Shown: positions 1 to 13,328, counted from the first letter of the whole stretch. The stretch is 63,884 nucleotides of DNA, filler included, from Lama guanicoe (GCA_013239625.1; 200 parts of 200 records of this genome joined end to end with filler, not necessarily neighbours in it), one strand, 5' to 3'. The notes: a model not told the origin generated them from the letters alone. Made by a program: numbers and translations.

Positions 1-219
1 AATAGACATTAATTAAATCTGAGTGGTGAGATGACAGGTGATTTTTTTTTAAATTTTTATTGAAGTATAGCTGATTTACGTTGTGTTCTTTTCTGTGACA
101 TGTGACTTTTAAAAACCATTTTTGTATTTTCTGAGCTTTCAAAGAGGGCATATTTTATAATCATGAGGGGGAAGGGGGAAGTGGTGGTTTTAAAAGAAAG
201 CAGATCTGTATTTAAAATA

Positions 220-319
220 NNNNNNNNNNNNNNNNNNNNNNNNNNNNNNNNNNNNNNNNNNNNTTAATTAATTAANNNNNNNNNNNNNNNNNNNNNNNNN
301 NNNNNNNNNNNNNNNNNNN
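220..319. other. First 100-nt synthetic linker (44 N + six-frame stop TTAATTAATTAA at 264-275 + 44 N), repeated after every contig
   Basis: Read directly from the sequence. The palindromic 12-mer gives TAA in all six frames. Confidence 0.99.
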
Positions 320-996
320 CCCGGTCCATGGTGAAGTACAAGAGAATGGGACCCATTTCATGTGTGAGGAAACTGAGGACGGAAGGGATTAAGTCACTTG
401 CTTAACATCCTGTAACCTTAACTGGGACCTAAGTTCAAATCCACGTCCCCACCTGGCAGTTCCTGAGAAGACACATTTCCTGCTGAGGACAATTCCCCAA
501 GCTGCTCTCTCAGGGGTCTGACGCCCTCTCCCTAACAANNNNNNNNNNNNNNNNNNNNNNNNNNNNNNNNNNNNNNNNNNNNTTAATTAATTAANNNNNN
601 NNNNNNNNNNNNNNNNNNNNNNNNNNNNNNNNNNNNNNATATGGTAAGTGCTCAGGGTTACAGGAGAGTCATTTGTGAAGCCATGCTCTGGGTTTCTGGA
701 CAACTTCCTGGTTTACGTTCAAGGGAGTGCATAATCGTGGCACCTGATGGAACTAAGGAGAGAATTACTGAAGTAAGTTTTCCCAGGTCAGTATATCTGA
801 AAGTTTCCACACGGTACCTTGAGAGTCTATACACACAGACGCCTACATGAGAAGGATNNNNNNNNNNNNNNNNNNNNNNNNNNNNNNNNNNNNNNNNNNN
901 NTTAATTAATTAANNNNNNNNNNNNNNNNNNNNNNNNNNNNNNNNNNNNNNNNNNNNCTTATCCTACTGATATCTCATCAAAAAACTCTCCAAGAT

Positions 997-1028
997 TTAT
1001 ATATATATATATACATATATATATATAC
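997..1028. repeat. (TA)n microsatellite with one interruption
   Basis: Run of tatatata interrupted once by ca. Confidence 0.85.
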
Positions 1029-2872
1029 ACATGCAATTTTTTGTACATGTTTTTAAAAGTGTAAACAATGAAAAGATCCTTCAAGAACTATTTAATTAAA
1101 CTACATCATATTCAATTGATCAACGATGCAGTTGTAAAATAACATGCTGGCCTGGTACAGGAAGATTTCCAAGACANNNNNNNNNNNNNNNNNNNNNNNN
1201 NNNNNNNNNNNNNNNNNNNNTTAATTAATTAANNNNNNNNNNNNNNNNNNNNNNNNNNNNNNNNNNNNNNNNNNNNCAGAAGGTCGGGAAATCATTTCAA
1301 GGATGTTGTGCAAAGACTGACTTCTTTGGATGGGTCCCAACATTGTGCTAAAAGCATAAAACCTCCAGGGTCTAAAGCAGAGGGACCTTCCCCAAGAGAA
1401 GATGAGGCTGCAGTCACAGCAAAACTGGGAGCAGATGCCGGGGGCATAGAAGGTGGGCCTGAAGTCCCCGGGAGGGCTTTGAAGCTGCTGAGGAANNNNN
1501 NNNNNNNNNNNNNNNNNNNNNNNNNNNNNNNNNNNNNNNTTAATTAATTAANNNNNNNNNNNNNNNNNNNNNNNNNNNNNNNNNNNNNNNNNNNNATACT
1601 AAATGAGGTCTCGGGGGCTAATCATTCCCCCAATTCAGGAACCATTTCCTCAGCAGCCTGGGCAGGGGCTACACTGCCTCATCGTAAACACTTTCCGTGA
1701 TGGGGCGCTCGCTACTTTGGAATTCACACATCTTACTGGTGCTCAGCTTTCACTTGCCAAGTTCGTTCTTTCTTGCCAAGGCGACAGTGGAAAAATCTAA
1801 GTATCTCGACTCATNNNNNNNNNNNNNNNNNNNNNNNNNNNNNNNNNNNNNNNNNNNNTTAATTAATTAANNNNNNNNNNNNNNNNNNNNNNNNNNNNNN
1901 NNNNNNNNNNNNNNACAAAGTGGGCTAGGACCGTTAGTCCAAAGCCTGCCAGAACCAGAACTTCGGCTTAATCAAGAAAGAGACAGAACCATGAGAAGCA
2001 GTAATATATGAATTTGTTGGGCAACTCTTGGACAGGGTTGCATGGGAGAAGAAGTCTCTCTCCATAAAGATACCTTCCATAAAGGTGCACAGGGCCACCA
2101 CCCAGAAGAGGAGTAAGGCAAGGGAACTCTGGGNNNNNNNNNNNNNNNNNNNNNNNNNNNNNNNNNNNNNNNNNNNNTTAATTAATTAANNNNNNNNNNN
2201 NNNNNNNNNNNNNNNNNNNNNNNNNNNNNNNNNTAGAGGGTGGGGCTGAGGAAGCTTTGATGCAAAAATAAAGATAATCACCCGAGCTCTCTCGGGCAGA
2301 GTTTTCTGTTGTTGCCTCCCTACCGGCCCTTACTCTCCGTAGAAGTTAACTAGCTTTTGCTTAAATCTCTCAGAGAAGCATTAACCTTCCCATAAAATAA
2401 ATGGAAAAGATAAAACTCTTCCAAAGGTGGTCATGGATGCACTGGAAAGAATNNNNNNNNNNNNNNNNNNNNNNNNNNNNNNNNNNNNNNNNNNNNTTAA
2501 TTAATTAANNNNNNNNNNNNNNNNNNNNNNNNNNNNNNNNNNNNNNNNNNNNTGAAAGCGTGGGGCTGCTGGCTCCACCTCCCCTGGCACACCCGCCTCG
2601 GCCTCCAGGCAGCCTGCCCTGCGGCCGGCAGCCACGCCACCCAGCGCTCTGCAGAAAGATGCCGGTGCTGGTTCATCTGATGCGTCTACCTGACTGTGCC
2701 TCAGAGCCCGGACACGGGGTCCGGCAGGATTCTGTGAGCACCTTTCTGGAGGAGACTAACAGCCACATCAGTNNNNNNNNNNNNNNNNNNNNNNNNNNNN
2801 NNNNNNNNNNNNNNNNTTAATTAATTAANNNNNNNNNNNNNNNNNNNNNNNNNNNNNNNNNNNNNNNNNNNN

Positions 2873-3092
2873 AGTCATTTGATGGCTTGACCGGGGCTGG
2901 AGGACCTGCTTCCAAGGGAACTCATACACATGCCTGGCACATCAGTGCTGTGTGTTGGCAGGAAGACTCAGTTCCTTGCCACCTGGACTCTCGGTAGGGT
3001 TTCTGGAATGTCCTCAGGACATGGCACTTCGTGTTCCCCAGAAGAATGGTCAAGAGAATGTAAGGCAAACGCTGTGATGTCTTTTATGGCCT
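2873..3092 (-). mobile_element. MaLR LTR fragment (MLT1-like)
   Basis: ggggctggaggacctgcttccaagg...ctcagttcct...tgtcctcaggacatggc resembles the remembered MLT1 consensus in antisense orientation. Confidence 0.65.
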
Positions 3093-3651
3093 NNNNNNNN
3101 NNNNNNNNNNNNNNNNNNNNNNNNNNNNNNNNNNNNTTAATTAATTAANNNNNNNNNNNNNNNNNNNNNNNNNNNNNNNNNNNNNNNNNNNNAGGCTGGG
3201 CCTTGTGATGCTGCTGTGTCTACTGTTCTGTTCTCGCACCTGCCACCCATGAAAGGTCAGATACTTGGGAAGGTACTTTGAAATTTTAAGGCCAAGAGGG
3301 CATCTGTTGATGCACCAGGTAAGCTGAGAAAAGCAAATCATCGCTTAGTGCGCTAATGACGCTGGTGAGGGAATGCAGCTGTTAGGCATTAAGCACCAGG
3401 AAGAGTGGGAGGNNNNNNNNNNNNNNNNNNNNNNNNNNNNNNNNNNNNNNNNNNNNTTAATTAATTAANNNNNNNNNNNNNNNNNNNNNNNNNNNNNNNN
3501 NNNNNNNNNNNNACGACAGGGGTGTGTCCATCAATCAGTCTGCACGGACAGAGCTGAACTCCCAGCTCCTTTCGGTAGACAATTCTTTCCCGTTGACTGC
3601 CTGTCTGAATCATCAGCCCCTACCAAGTGGCCGACAAATCCTGCAAAAGGT

Positions 3652-3731
3652 GGGGGAGGGCACAGCTCAGTGGCTGAGTGCGTAGTTAGCATGGTGAGGT
3701 CCTGGGTTCAATCCCCAGCACCGCCATTAAA
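3652..3731 (+). mobile_element. tRNA-Ala-derived camelid SINE (Vic-1-like), 5' head
   Basis: gggggagggcacagctcagtgg (A box) ... tagcatggtgaggtcctgggttcaatcccc (B box) ... ccattaaa. Confidence 0.85.
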
Positions 3732-4151
3732 NNNNNNNNNNNNNNNNNNNNNNNNNNNNNNNNNNNNNNNNNNNNTTAATTAATTAANNNNNNNNNNNNN
3801 NNNNNNNNNNNNNNNNNNNNNNNNNNNNNNNGAACATCTCCTTCCACTGAGTCTCAGGGCCAGGGTTCCTATGTGTTAAGGCAGAGGGTATGTGGGTACG
3901 GGGGAGGGAGGTGTGGAGAACTGAGTAATTAACACCCTACACATTTTACTTATGTTTGCTTCAGCGGAAAGCCTCATCGGTTCCTAGGTTTATCTCCAGA
4001 ACCCCTCCCTGACCTGGCGGACCCCACAGAGAGCTGGGCAGGCCTGAGATCNNNNNNNNNNNNNNNNNNNNNNNNNNNNNNNNNNNNNNNNNNNNTTAAT
4101 TAATTAANNNNNNNNNNNNNNNNNNNNNNNNNNNNNNNNNNNNNNNNNNNN

Positions 4152-4370
4152 TTCTTTTTCATTATAGGTTATTGCAAGATATTGAATATAGTTCCCTGTG
4201 TTGTACAGTATAAATTTGTTTATCTATTTTATATATATATTAGTCAGTATCTGCAAATTTCAAACTCCTAGTTTATCCCTTCCCACCTCCTGCCCCTCTG
4301 GTGACCATAAATTTTTTTCTATGTCTGTGAGTCTGTTTCTGTTTTGTAAATAAATTCGACTTTTTTTTTT
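4152..4370 (-). mobile_element. L1 3' UTR fragment (cetartiodactyl/camelid type)
   Basis: ttataggttattgcaagatattgaatatagttccctgtg...tatgtctgtgagtctgtttctgttttgtaaataa. Homologous to 15349, 34228, 38387 and the reverse complement of 10870. Confidence 0.85.
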
Positions 4371-5109
4371 NNNNNNNNNNNNNNNNNNNNNNNNNNNNNN
4401 NNNNNNNNNNNNNNTTAATTAATTAANNNNNNNNNNNNNNNNNNNNNNNNNNNNNNNNNNNNNNNNNNNNCCATCCACCTCCACTGAGCAAAGTTCACAG
4501 GAGAGGAACACAGTGGCAGCATGAGTACAGAAGCCGCCAGGCACTGGGCTCAACACCATGAGCAACATGCCCTCCTTCATAGGTTTGGCTCATTTAATCT
4601 GCACTCTTTCTACACATTCCAGCTGCCACTCCCCACCCCATGCTCAGCCAGTGGTCTTTGCACTTTATTGAACATACAGAGGGAAATTACNNNNNNNNNN
4701 NNNNNNNNNNNNNNNNNNNNNNNNNNNNNNNNNNTTAATTAATTAANNNNNNNNNNNNNNNNNNNNNNNNNNNNNNNNNNNNNNNNNNNNTTTGTTTCCA
4801 GCATGTTCATAATTGTCGAGGTATCTTTATGATGGCCCCTTTAGAATCCTCGTCATGGTATTCTATCAATTTCTTCCTGGTTTTGGCATCTGTTGCTTGT
4901 CTTTTTTTACTCATGTTCAAATTTTTCTGGTTCTTGGTCTGGTGGTGAATTTTCATTGTATCCTGGACATTTGGGGTATTATCTTAAAGGAAACTCTGGA
5001 CATTATCTTNNNNNNNNNNNNNNNNNNNNNNNNNNNNNNNNNNNNNNNNNNNNTTAATTAATTAANNNNNNNNNNNNNNNNNNNNNNNNNNNNNNNNNNN
5101 NNNNNNNNN

Positions 5110-5329
5110 GGGCTGCCGCCTCAGCTGGGAGGCAGAGGGGCGGCTGCCGGGGCCGGAACGTGGGGCCCGAGTGTGCCCCGCGGTGCCGGAGGCGGTGGGC
5201 GAGGCGGGCCCCCCTCGGCCCTGCCCGGCGGCCGTTGTTGGGGGATGTACGCGTGGGGGGTTCCGGCGGGGGAGGAGGCGGAGGACCCGCCACCGCCGCT
5301 GCCTTCGCTGGAGCGCGGGCGGATGCACG
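5110..5329. promoter_or_regulatory. CpG-island fragment (gene not identified)
   Basis: Very high GC content and unusually dense CpG for mammalian DNA. Confidence 0.7.
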
Positions 5330-5814
5330 NNNNNNNNNNNNNNNNNNNNNNNNNNNNNNNNNNNNNNNNNNNNTTAATTAATTAANNNNNNNNNNNNNNN
5401 NNNNNNNNNNNNNNNNNNNNNNNNNNNNNTGTGATTCCTCACTGCTGATTCATCTCTCTTCTACTAAATATGTTCTCATTCAGGGGTCTGGGATGAAGAG
5501 GCAGCTAGCCTGGGGATGTTATTCTCCTGGTAATGATGGGAAAACAAGATGCAACCCCCGCCTCATGCAGACAAATTCCGGATTTTGCGTGAACCATGAA
5601 TGCTATAATCCATTGGTCACAGCAAGTCACATGGCCATGCCCGGAGTCANNNNNNNNNNNNNNNNNNNNNNNNNNNNNNNNNNNNNNNNNNNNTTAATTA
5701 ATTAANNNNNNNNNNNNNNNNNNNNNNNNNNNNNNNNNNNNNNNNNNNNTTATATTTGCATTATGTCTGGGTTAGGTACGTATAGGGGAAAAAAAAAAAG
5801 ACTTTGAAAACACT

Positions 5815-5969
5815 GCTTAGTACAACGATTCTCAAACTTTAGTAATCCACTGGCAAGCTTGTTAAAGTAAATTTTTGGTGCTTATCCCCTTCACGTTCTC
5901 AATCAGTAGCTGTAATGTGGAGCACCAGGAAACTGCGTTTTCCCTAAGTACTTCAGGTGATTTTGATGG
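5815..5969. mobile_element. MER5-like hAT-Charlie DNA transposon relic
   Basis: gattctcaaacttt...gcttgttaaa...ctgcgttttccctaagtacttcaggtgattttgatg. Confidence 0.55.
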
Positions 5970-6069
5970 NNNNNNNNNNNNNNNNNNNNNNNNNNNNNNN
6001 NNNNNNNNNNNNNTTAATTAATTAANNNNNNNNNNNNNNNNNNNNNNNNNNNNNNNNNNNNNNNNNNNN

Positions 6070-6201
6070 ACTGGGGCTGCCTGCTTGTCTGCATCCTGAG
6101 TTTCCCCCCACTCACTGTAAGGGGTGGTGGCAGCAGCTGATGGCTTGATGGCTGTCGCATCCTCTGTTTACTGATATGTCTGGCAAGATTTTTCATTCAC
6201 A
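6070..6201 (-). mobile_element. ERV1-class LTR end abutting flanking DNA (copy 1)
   Basis: The reverse complement starts TGTGAATGAAAAATCTTGCCAGACATATCAGTAAACAGAGGATG with a TG terminus. A near-identical copy lies at 7030-7161. Confidence 0.55.
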
Positions 6202-7029
6202 GTTGTCTGTACCTGTATCTCACACACGGAGAGTGGAATATTAGGATGTAAGTTAATTGGCCCAAACTATCCATCAACATTAATAGGAANNNNNNNNNNN
6301 NNNNNNNNNNNNNNNNNNNNNNNNNNNNNNNNNTTAATTAATTAANNNNNNNNNNNNNNNNNNNNNNNNNNNNNNNNNNNNNNNNNNNNATACATTTATT
6401 TATTTACTAAAAAGACAGAAACCATTTTCATAGCACCCGTGCTTTGGGACAACCTCACCTCCTACTGTTCTCAACGCAAAAATACTTTCCATGCAAAGTC
6501 CACCGAGCACCCAAAGGCCCTAGGGAAGCCCCTGCGGGCAGGGCAGTCTGCTTCCTGCTAGAAATTCGAAGTCTTTATACAAACTATCTTGGAGATCTGT
6601 ATTTACAAGNNNNNNNNNNNNNNNNNNNNNNNNNNNNNNNNNNNNNNNNNNNNTTAATTAATTAANNNNNNNNNNNNNNNNNNNNNNNNNNNNNNNNNNN
6701 NNNNNNNNNCTTTGATTAGAAGTCTGCCTGGCCAATGAAGAAATAAGAAAGGAAAGGAGGAGACATGTTAGAATTTTAGTGCAATAATGAAAATTATCGA
6801 TTCCCCCTGAAGCCTAAGCCAACTACAGATGGAGATGCTCCACAGAAAGCCATGTTTAAATCTATAGCCACGTCATTCTGTTGCCAATCGATACACCCAC
6901 TCATGGTCCCTTTATCTTAGATCATTCTTNNNNNNNNNNNNNNNNNNNNNNNNNNNNNNNNNNNNNNNNNNNNTTAATTAATTAANNNNNNNNNNNNNNN
7001 NNNNNNNNNNNNNNNNNNNNNNNNNNNNN

Positions 7030-7161
7030 ACTGGGGCTGCCTGCTTGTCTGCATCCTGAGTTTCCCCCCACTCACTGTCAACGGTGGTGGCAGCAGCTGA
7101 TGGCTTGACGGCTGCCGCATCCTCTGTTTACTGATATGTCTGGCAAGATATTTCATTCACA
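7030..7161 (-). mobile_element. ERV1-class LTR end abutting the same flank (copy 2)
   Basis: The contig has 9 substitutions in 220 nt relative to 6070-6289 and the same junction. Confidence 0.55.
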
Positions 7162-7669
7162 GTTGTCTGTACCTGTATCTCACACACGGAGCGTGGAATA
7201 CTAGGAAGTAAGTTAATTGGCCCAAACTATCCATCAACATTAATAGGAANNNNNNNNNNNNNNNNNNNNNNNNNNNNNNNNNNNNNNNNNNNNTTAATTA
7301 ATTAANNNNNNNNNNNNNNNNNNNNNNNNNNNNNNNNNNNNNNNNNNNNTTTTCTAAAGCAGAGGGGGCTGAAGCCCCGGCAGCTGGAAGCGGGTGTGCG
7401 ATTAATGCGGGATGGTGAGTGGTGTTGGCTGCCCTCCAGCAGCAGCAGTAGGGCTAGTAGAGGAACTCTGGCAAGATCCGACTGTATGTGCAAGGCAGAT
7501 AAGGGGAGTCCTCAACACACTGTTTGGGCTGCAATTACTGCAGCTTGCAAATGTTGTTAATACCAGGGCNNNNNNNNNNNNNNNNNNNNNNNNNNNNNNN
7601 NNNNNNNNNNNNNTTAATTAATTAANNNNNNNNNNNNNNNNNNNNNNNNNNNNNNNNNNNNNNNNNNNN

Positions 7670-7889
7670 AGTAAACAGCAAAAAGAAAAGGAGTGTGGGA
7701 GGGGAAATTTAGAAATTGGAAAAGACTGAAAGACCTAGCAATCAGCCAACTGGTGTATGTAGAATTTGTTTAGGTCCTGATTTCAATATATCAACTGAAA
7801 AAAAAAACTGTAGAAATCAGAGAAATTTGAACACTGAATATTAGATGATATTAATGAATTAATGATAAGGTATGATAATGGTCTTCTTG
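7670..7889 (+). mobile_element. Old L1 (L1MC/ME-like) 3' end fragment
   Basis: aaatttgaacactgaatattagatgatattaatgaatt...gtatgataatggt. Similar to 14389-14608. Confidence 0.55.
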
Positions 7890-8629
7890 NNNNNNNNNNN
7901 NNNNNNNNNNNNNNNNNNNNNNNNNNNNNNNNNTTAATTAATTAANNNNNNNNNNNNNNNNNNNNNNNNNNNNNNNNNNNNNNNNNNNNCATTAAAAAAG
8001 AAAAAGATGATGAGCCTTAAAAAATTAAATTCAATTAAACAAAATAAAATAAAATAAGCATCCACGTGGCACATCAAATCGGACCAAGTAGCCGGCGGGT
8101 TGTAGATGATGAATAAAAGGCCACGCCGTGAACACGGCTACCACGTTGGTTGGAAGAGCGTTACCATGGACCCCAGGGATCTATCCCTCCTCTGGCCACG
8201 CAGTCTCACNNNNNNNNNNNNNNNNNNNNNNNNNNNNNNNNNNNNNNNNNNNNTTAATTAATTAANNNNNNNNNNNNNNNNNNNNNNNNNNNNNNNNNNN
8301 NNNNNNNNNCGCGACGGTGCTGGCAAACCAGCATGTGTGGCTGCCGTGGTGTCTGTGCGACTGCAGAGATGGCGGGATGCAGACAAGGAGCTGGTGCTCC
8401 TGGGGTGGCACCGCTGTCGGTGGGAGACCTGCGATGTTGTGGCAGGGATGACGCCGTCTTTGTGGCCAGTATGTTCATCTTACGGGCAGAGTCCTCTGCA
8501 TTTGAGCTCTGGCCGTGTGGCCTTGGGGTNNNNNNNNNNNNNNNNNNNNNNNNNNNNNNNNNNNNNNNNNNNNTTAATTAATTAANNNNNNNNNNNNNNN
8601 NNNNNNNNNNNNNNNNNNNNNNNNNNNNN

Positions 8630-8849
8630 TGTCTCTCTCCATATGTAGATCCACATATATACACACATAAAGAGATTTGCTTCAAGGACTTGGCTCACAT
8701 GCTCCTAGGGGCCGGCACATCCTCAATCTGCAGGGCATGTTGGCAGTCTGGAAATGCAGGCAGGAGGTGACCCCGCTGTCCTGAAACAGAATTTCTTCCT
8801 CTTTGGGAAACCTCAAGTTTTAAGTCCTTCAGTAGACTGGATGAAGCCC
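8630..8849. mobile_element. ERV-L LTR fragment (MLT2-like)
   Basis: agagatttgcttcaaggacttggctcaca...cagaatttcttcctctttgggaaacctca...gactggatgaagccc. Confidence 0.7.
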
Positions 8850-10869
8850 NNNNNNNNNNNNNNNNNNNNNNNNNNNNNNNNNNNNNNNNNNNNTTAATTA
8901 ATTAANNNNNNNNNNNNNNNNNNNNNNNNNNNNNNNNNNNNNNNNNNNNTAAAGTACTTGATTTGAAAACCTTGTACAAGAAATAATACTTTGAACAACC
9001 AAATACTCAAAGTACTAACTGAAGACCAAGTCAAGAAGCAGGTCTGTACTATTGGGACCTAAGGATATGCCTCCATACAAACTGTTCTAAGAGTTGATGA
9101 AGGCCTCTCTGTACATGCCCAGCTCCTTCTTGAAAATCCCCTGGAATGATTTGATCCCCCAGCCCCAGTNNNNNNNNNNNNNNNNNNNNNNNNNNNNNNN
9201 NNNNNNNNNNNNNTTAATTAATTAANNNNNNNNNNNNNNNNNNNNNNNNNNNNNNNNNNNNNNNNNNNNCTACAGCTAGGAACACACAGCCTCCCTAGGG
9301 GGAGGGTCCCTGGGGGGACAAAGAACCCCACAATACACTTGTTTTACAGAAAGTAAACAAAGGTTCAGGGAGGGTCACTTCCTGAATGTTGCACAGCGAA
9401 GACAACTCCAAACCTGTGTGCACTCTTGAAATATGAGGGACAAAGGACATCAACACACTGATGTGCCAAGCCCCTTCTGGGAGCCCACTNNNNNNNNNNN
9501 NNNNNNNNNNNNNNNNNNNNNNNNNNNNNNNNNTTAATTAATTAANNNNNNNNNNNNNNNNNNNNNNNNNNNNNNNNNNNNNNNNNNNNCAATCTCTAAG
9601 GTTTTGGTCGGGGGAAAAAAATGCATCTTTTTCTTTCCCTTGAAACCTAAGTGTCCCAAGGGAAGCGCAACAATTTTTTTATAAAGTGTAATCACGCTCT
9701 GAAACTGAGACAGCCACACAAATGGCATACTTCAGTGCTCTGAGAATTTATCCTGGTCCAAAGTAAGACTCAACACTAGTGTAAGATGCCTGTACTGGGT
9801 CAGTGGGTANNNNNNNNNNNNNNNNNNNNNNNNNNNNNNNNNNNNNNNNNNNNTTAATTAATTAANNNNNNNNNNNNNNNNNNNNNNNNNNNNNNNNNNN
9901 NNNNNNNNNGGTTATTGTAATAATTAGGATACAGTTCCTCAAATTTTGTTTTAATCTATTAAATGTAATTTGGTAACACTATGCAAAATATAAGAACGTA
10001 CAGTAGGTTTATTGCGCTTCCCCCTTGATATTTATATCCCCTCGATATATGTGCATAATAAATATGTTATATGTTATATAAATTATAAACCCACAATACA
10101 GTCTTACAGTTTTTGTTTTAAGAGTTATGNNNNNNNNNNNNNNNNNNNNNNNNNNNNNNNNNNNNNNNNNNNNTTAATTAATTAANNNNNNNNNNNNNNN
10201 NNNNNNNNNNNNNNNNNNNNNNNNNNNNNCTGCTCAACCCCAGGCATATTTCCCTCTCCTTTTAGATAAACTCCCAGAATCTCGTAAATCTCAAGAGAAA
10301 GTCATAAGCCAGCAAGAAGTAGAGAGGGCAAGGGAGAGGAACAGTACGAAACTCCAGGATTGCAAAAGCAGCTCTCACAAATTTGTGGTTCCAGGCTGAC
10401 CTATTAACTCATCACAACAAGGAGAGGTGAACAAATGGGAAGTGTGGTTNNNNNNNNNNNNNNNNNNNNNNNNNNNNNNNNNNNNNNNNNNNNTTAATTA
10501 ATTAANNNNNNNNNNNNNNNNNNNNNNNNNNNNNNNNNNNNNNNNNNNNTAATATTTTTCAAGAATGAATATAAAGACATTTTCAGATAATGGAACAAGA
10601 ATGATCTGAAAGGATTAAAGGGGAAAAAAAAAACCTCTCAGCTCACAATCAACCAGAAATATGTCTGTTCACAACAACCAGATTAGAAAACCTCATATTT
10701 CAGGGGAAATTGGCTACAGTACTCAGAAGAGTTGTGTCTCAGATGAGAGGGCAAACGAGTCATAGACAANNNNNNNNNNNNNNNNNNNNNNNNNNNNNNN
10801 NNNNNNNNNNNNNTTAATTAATTAANNNNNNNNNNNNNNNNNNNNNNNNNNNNNNNNNNNNNNNNNNNN

Positions 10870-11088
10870 CTACAAAATAGAAACAGACTTGCAGACATAG
10901 TAAGCAATCTTTTGGTCACTGGAGGAAAAGGGTTAGGAAGGGATAAATTTGGGAGTTTGAGATTTGCAAACATTAGTCACTATATATAAAAGTAGATTAA
11001 AAAAAGTATCTTCTGTATAACACAGTGAATGATATTCAATAACTTGTAATGATCTTTAATGAAAAAGAATGAAAACAAAAACAAATAT
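10870..11088 (+). mobile_element. L1 3' UTR fragment
   Basis: ctacaaaatagaaacagacttgcagacatag...ggaagggataaatttgggagtttgagatttgca. Confidence 0.85.
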
Positions 11089-13108
11089 NNNNNNNNNNNN
11101 NNNNNNNNNNNNNNNNNNNNNNNNNNNNNNNNTTAATTAATTAANNNNNNNNNNNNNNNNNNNNNNNNNNNNNNNNNNNNNNNNNNNNTTGATTCCACCA
11201 TGCATGTTACTGAGAACACTAAGGGGGTAGGAAACTGGCAAGGAATTATCTTGTCATTCATTTACAGATTCTTGGTTGAAACATCAGCTGTCACTACCAC
11301 TCTGTATACCTTCCTCTCAAAATTATTTCTGTCCTTTTCCCACAAATACCTGAAAAGCAGGCACTCTAGGCTTTAGCAGATAGGGATTAACTCTGGAAAT
11401 AGGATAAANNNNNNNNNNNNNNNNNNNNNNNNNNNNNNNNNNNNNNNNNNNNTTAATTAATTAANNNNNNNNNNNNNNNNNNNNNNNNNNNNNNNNNNNN
11501 NNNNNNNNATTAGGCTCCTAGTTATGACTGAAGAAAATGACAAGTTGTTGCAGGTTATTACCTGAAGACACAGATCAAGCACATCTAGTTTCAGAAAGGC
11601 CAAAAGGATTAACAGGATAGCAAAGGCTGTGGAAAAATGGAAAAAAAAAGAAAAGGTTCATGATCACTTCTGAACATGTGCAAACTGTCACTTAAGGAAA
11701 TGACAAAGGTAGCTAGGAACTGGCAGAANNNNNNNNNNNNNNNNNNNNNNNNNNNNNNNNNNNNNNNNNNNNTTAATTAATTAANNNNNNNNNNNNNNNN
11801 NNNNNNNNNNNNNNNNNNNNNNNNNNNNCCCCTGACCCTAATAGGACCACAAGTCCCCAGTCTGGAAAATGCATCGGTTGGAGTAAGCAAGCTCTCCCAA
11901 CAGCCTACATTTTCCTAAAACCAAGGTGGCCACCCCTGCTGCAGGGATGTCTCCAAAGAGAAGACGATACTTGTGGCAAAAAGCACAAACTTGAACCTGG
12001 CCCCAAGGAGCTTCCCCCGGAAGAACTAAGGGTGAAGAGCCAACACTANNNNNNNNNNNNNNNNNNNNNNNNNNNNNNNNNNNNNNNNNNNNTTAATTAA
12101 TTAANNNNNNNNNNNNNNNNNNNNNNNNNNNNNNNNNNNNNNNNNNNNTTTTGGAAATCAAGAAAACCAAGAATTTTTTTAAAGCTATCCTAAAATAGAG
12201 TATGTGGTTCCAAATAGCCAGGCCTTTATTGGGCATTTGCATGTATTAATATGCCTTGTGCATACTGGAAAGAGTTAAACCCATTCTGGAGAGGCAAAGA
12301 GGCCAAATTCCACTCTCAGTTTATTGGCTAGAGTTATTTTAAGTTTCCTATATATTTTGGAATATTTTNNNNNNNNNNNNNNNNNNNNNNNNNNNNNNNN
12401 NNNNNNNNNNNNTTAATTAATTAANNNNNNNNNNNNNNNNNNNNNNNNNNNNNNNNNNNNNNNNNNNNGAAGGGAGACTAATCTACCATCATGGTGGGAG
12501 ATTTTAACACATTATCACTTGAGAAACAGACAAAACAAATCAGTTAAGCACATAAAATATTTGAATAAAAATTTGACATAAGGGATAGTTCAACGTACAA
12601 AAAATTTGCAATGATTGTATGTTTCCCTATGTTCCTTACCCAGCATCCTCTCATGTTAACATTTTATAATTACCATGGTATATTTTTTNNNNNNNNNNNN
12701 NNNNNNNNNNNNNNNNNNNNNNNNNNNNNNNNTTAATTAATTAANNNNNNNNNNNNNNNNNNNNNNNNNNNNNNNNNNNNNNNNNNNNAACCTCACCTGC
12801 ATCTGTTCATACGTGATGCCCTCCTCCAGATCAAAGCAGGTGGGTATACCTGAAATAGACAAATTATTGCAAGTCTGGCACTTAGTTCATTTTTTTTAGT
12901 TGGATTTTATTGGCAATTATAAGCAGGCAGTGAAAATGGTCAATTACTTAATGATGAATATGAGTACTTAGAAACACATTCCAAATTATCTTGGCTTTGA
13001 ATACTCAGNNNNNNNNNNNNNNNNNNNNNNNNNNNNNNNNNNNNNNNNNNNNTTAATTAATTAANNNNNNNNNNNNNNNNNNNNNNNNNNNNNNNNNNNN
13101 NNNNNNNN

Positions 13109-13328
13109 TCTATCTTCAAGTCAACAAAGGCACATCAAATCCTTCCTTGCTTTGAGTTTGTGACTCCCTGTCTCTGACTGCTAGACCCATATTTCAACGG
13201 TTTGTGGGATTAAGGCACACCTAGATAATTTTCCTATTTTAAAGTCAACTGAATTGCAGCCTTAATTACATCTGTAAAAATGCCTTTTCATTAATACCTA
13301 GGTTTGTATTTGATTGAATAACTGGTAG
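13109..13328 (-). mobile_element. MaLR LTR fragment (MLT1E-like)
   Basis: tctatcttcaagtcaaca...ctattttaaagtcaactga...ccttaattacatctgtaaaa...tttgattgaataactgg. Confidence 0.7.

Noticed and set aside
3652..3731. Functional tRNA-Ala gene (also 42713-42765)
   Set aside because: The extra G-rich 5' extension, broken stems and A-rich tail fit a tRNA-derived SINE.
8310..8529. Contig open in several frames on both strands
   Set aside because: GC-rich with no recognisable motif. Open 70-codon frames are expected by chance among 1200 frames.
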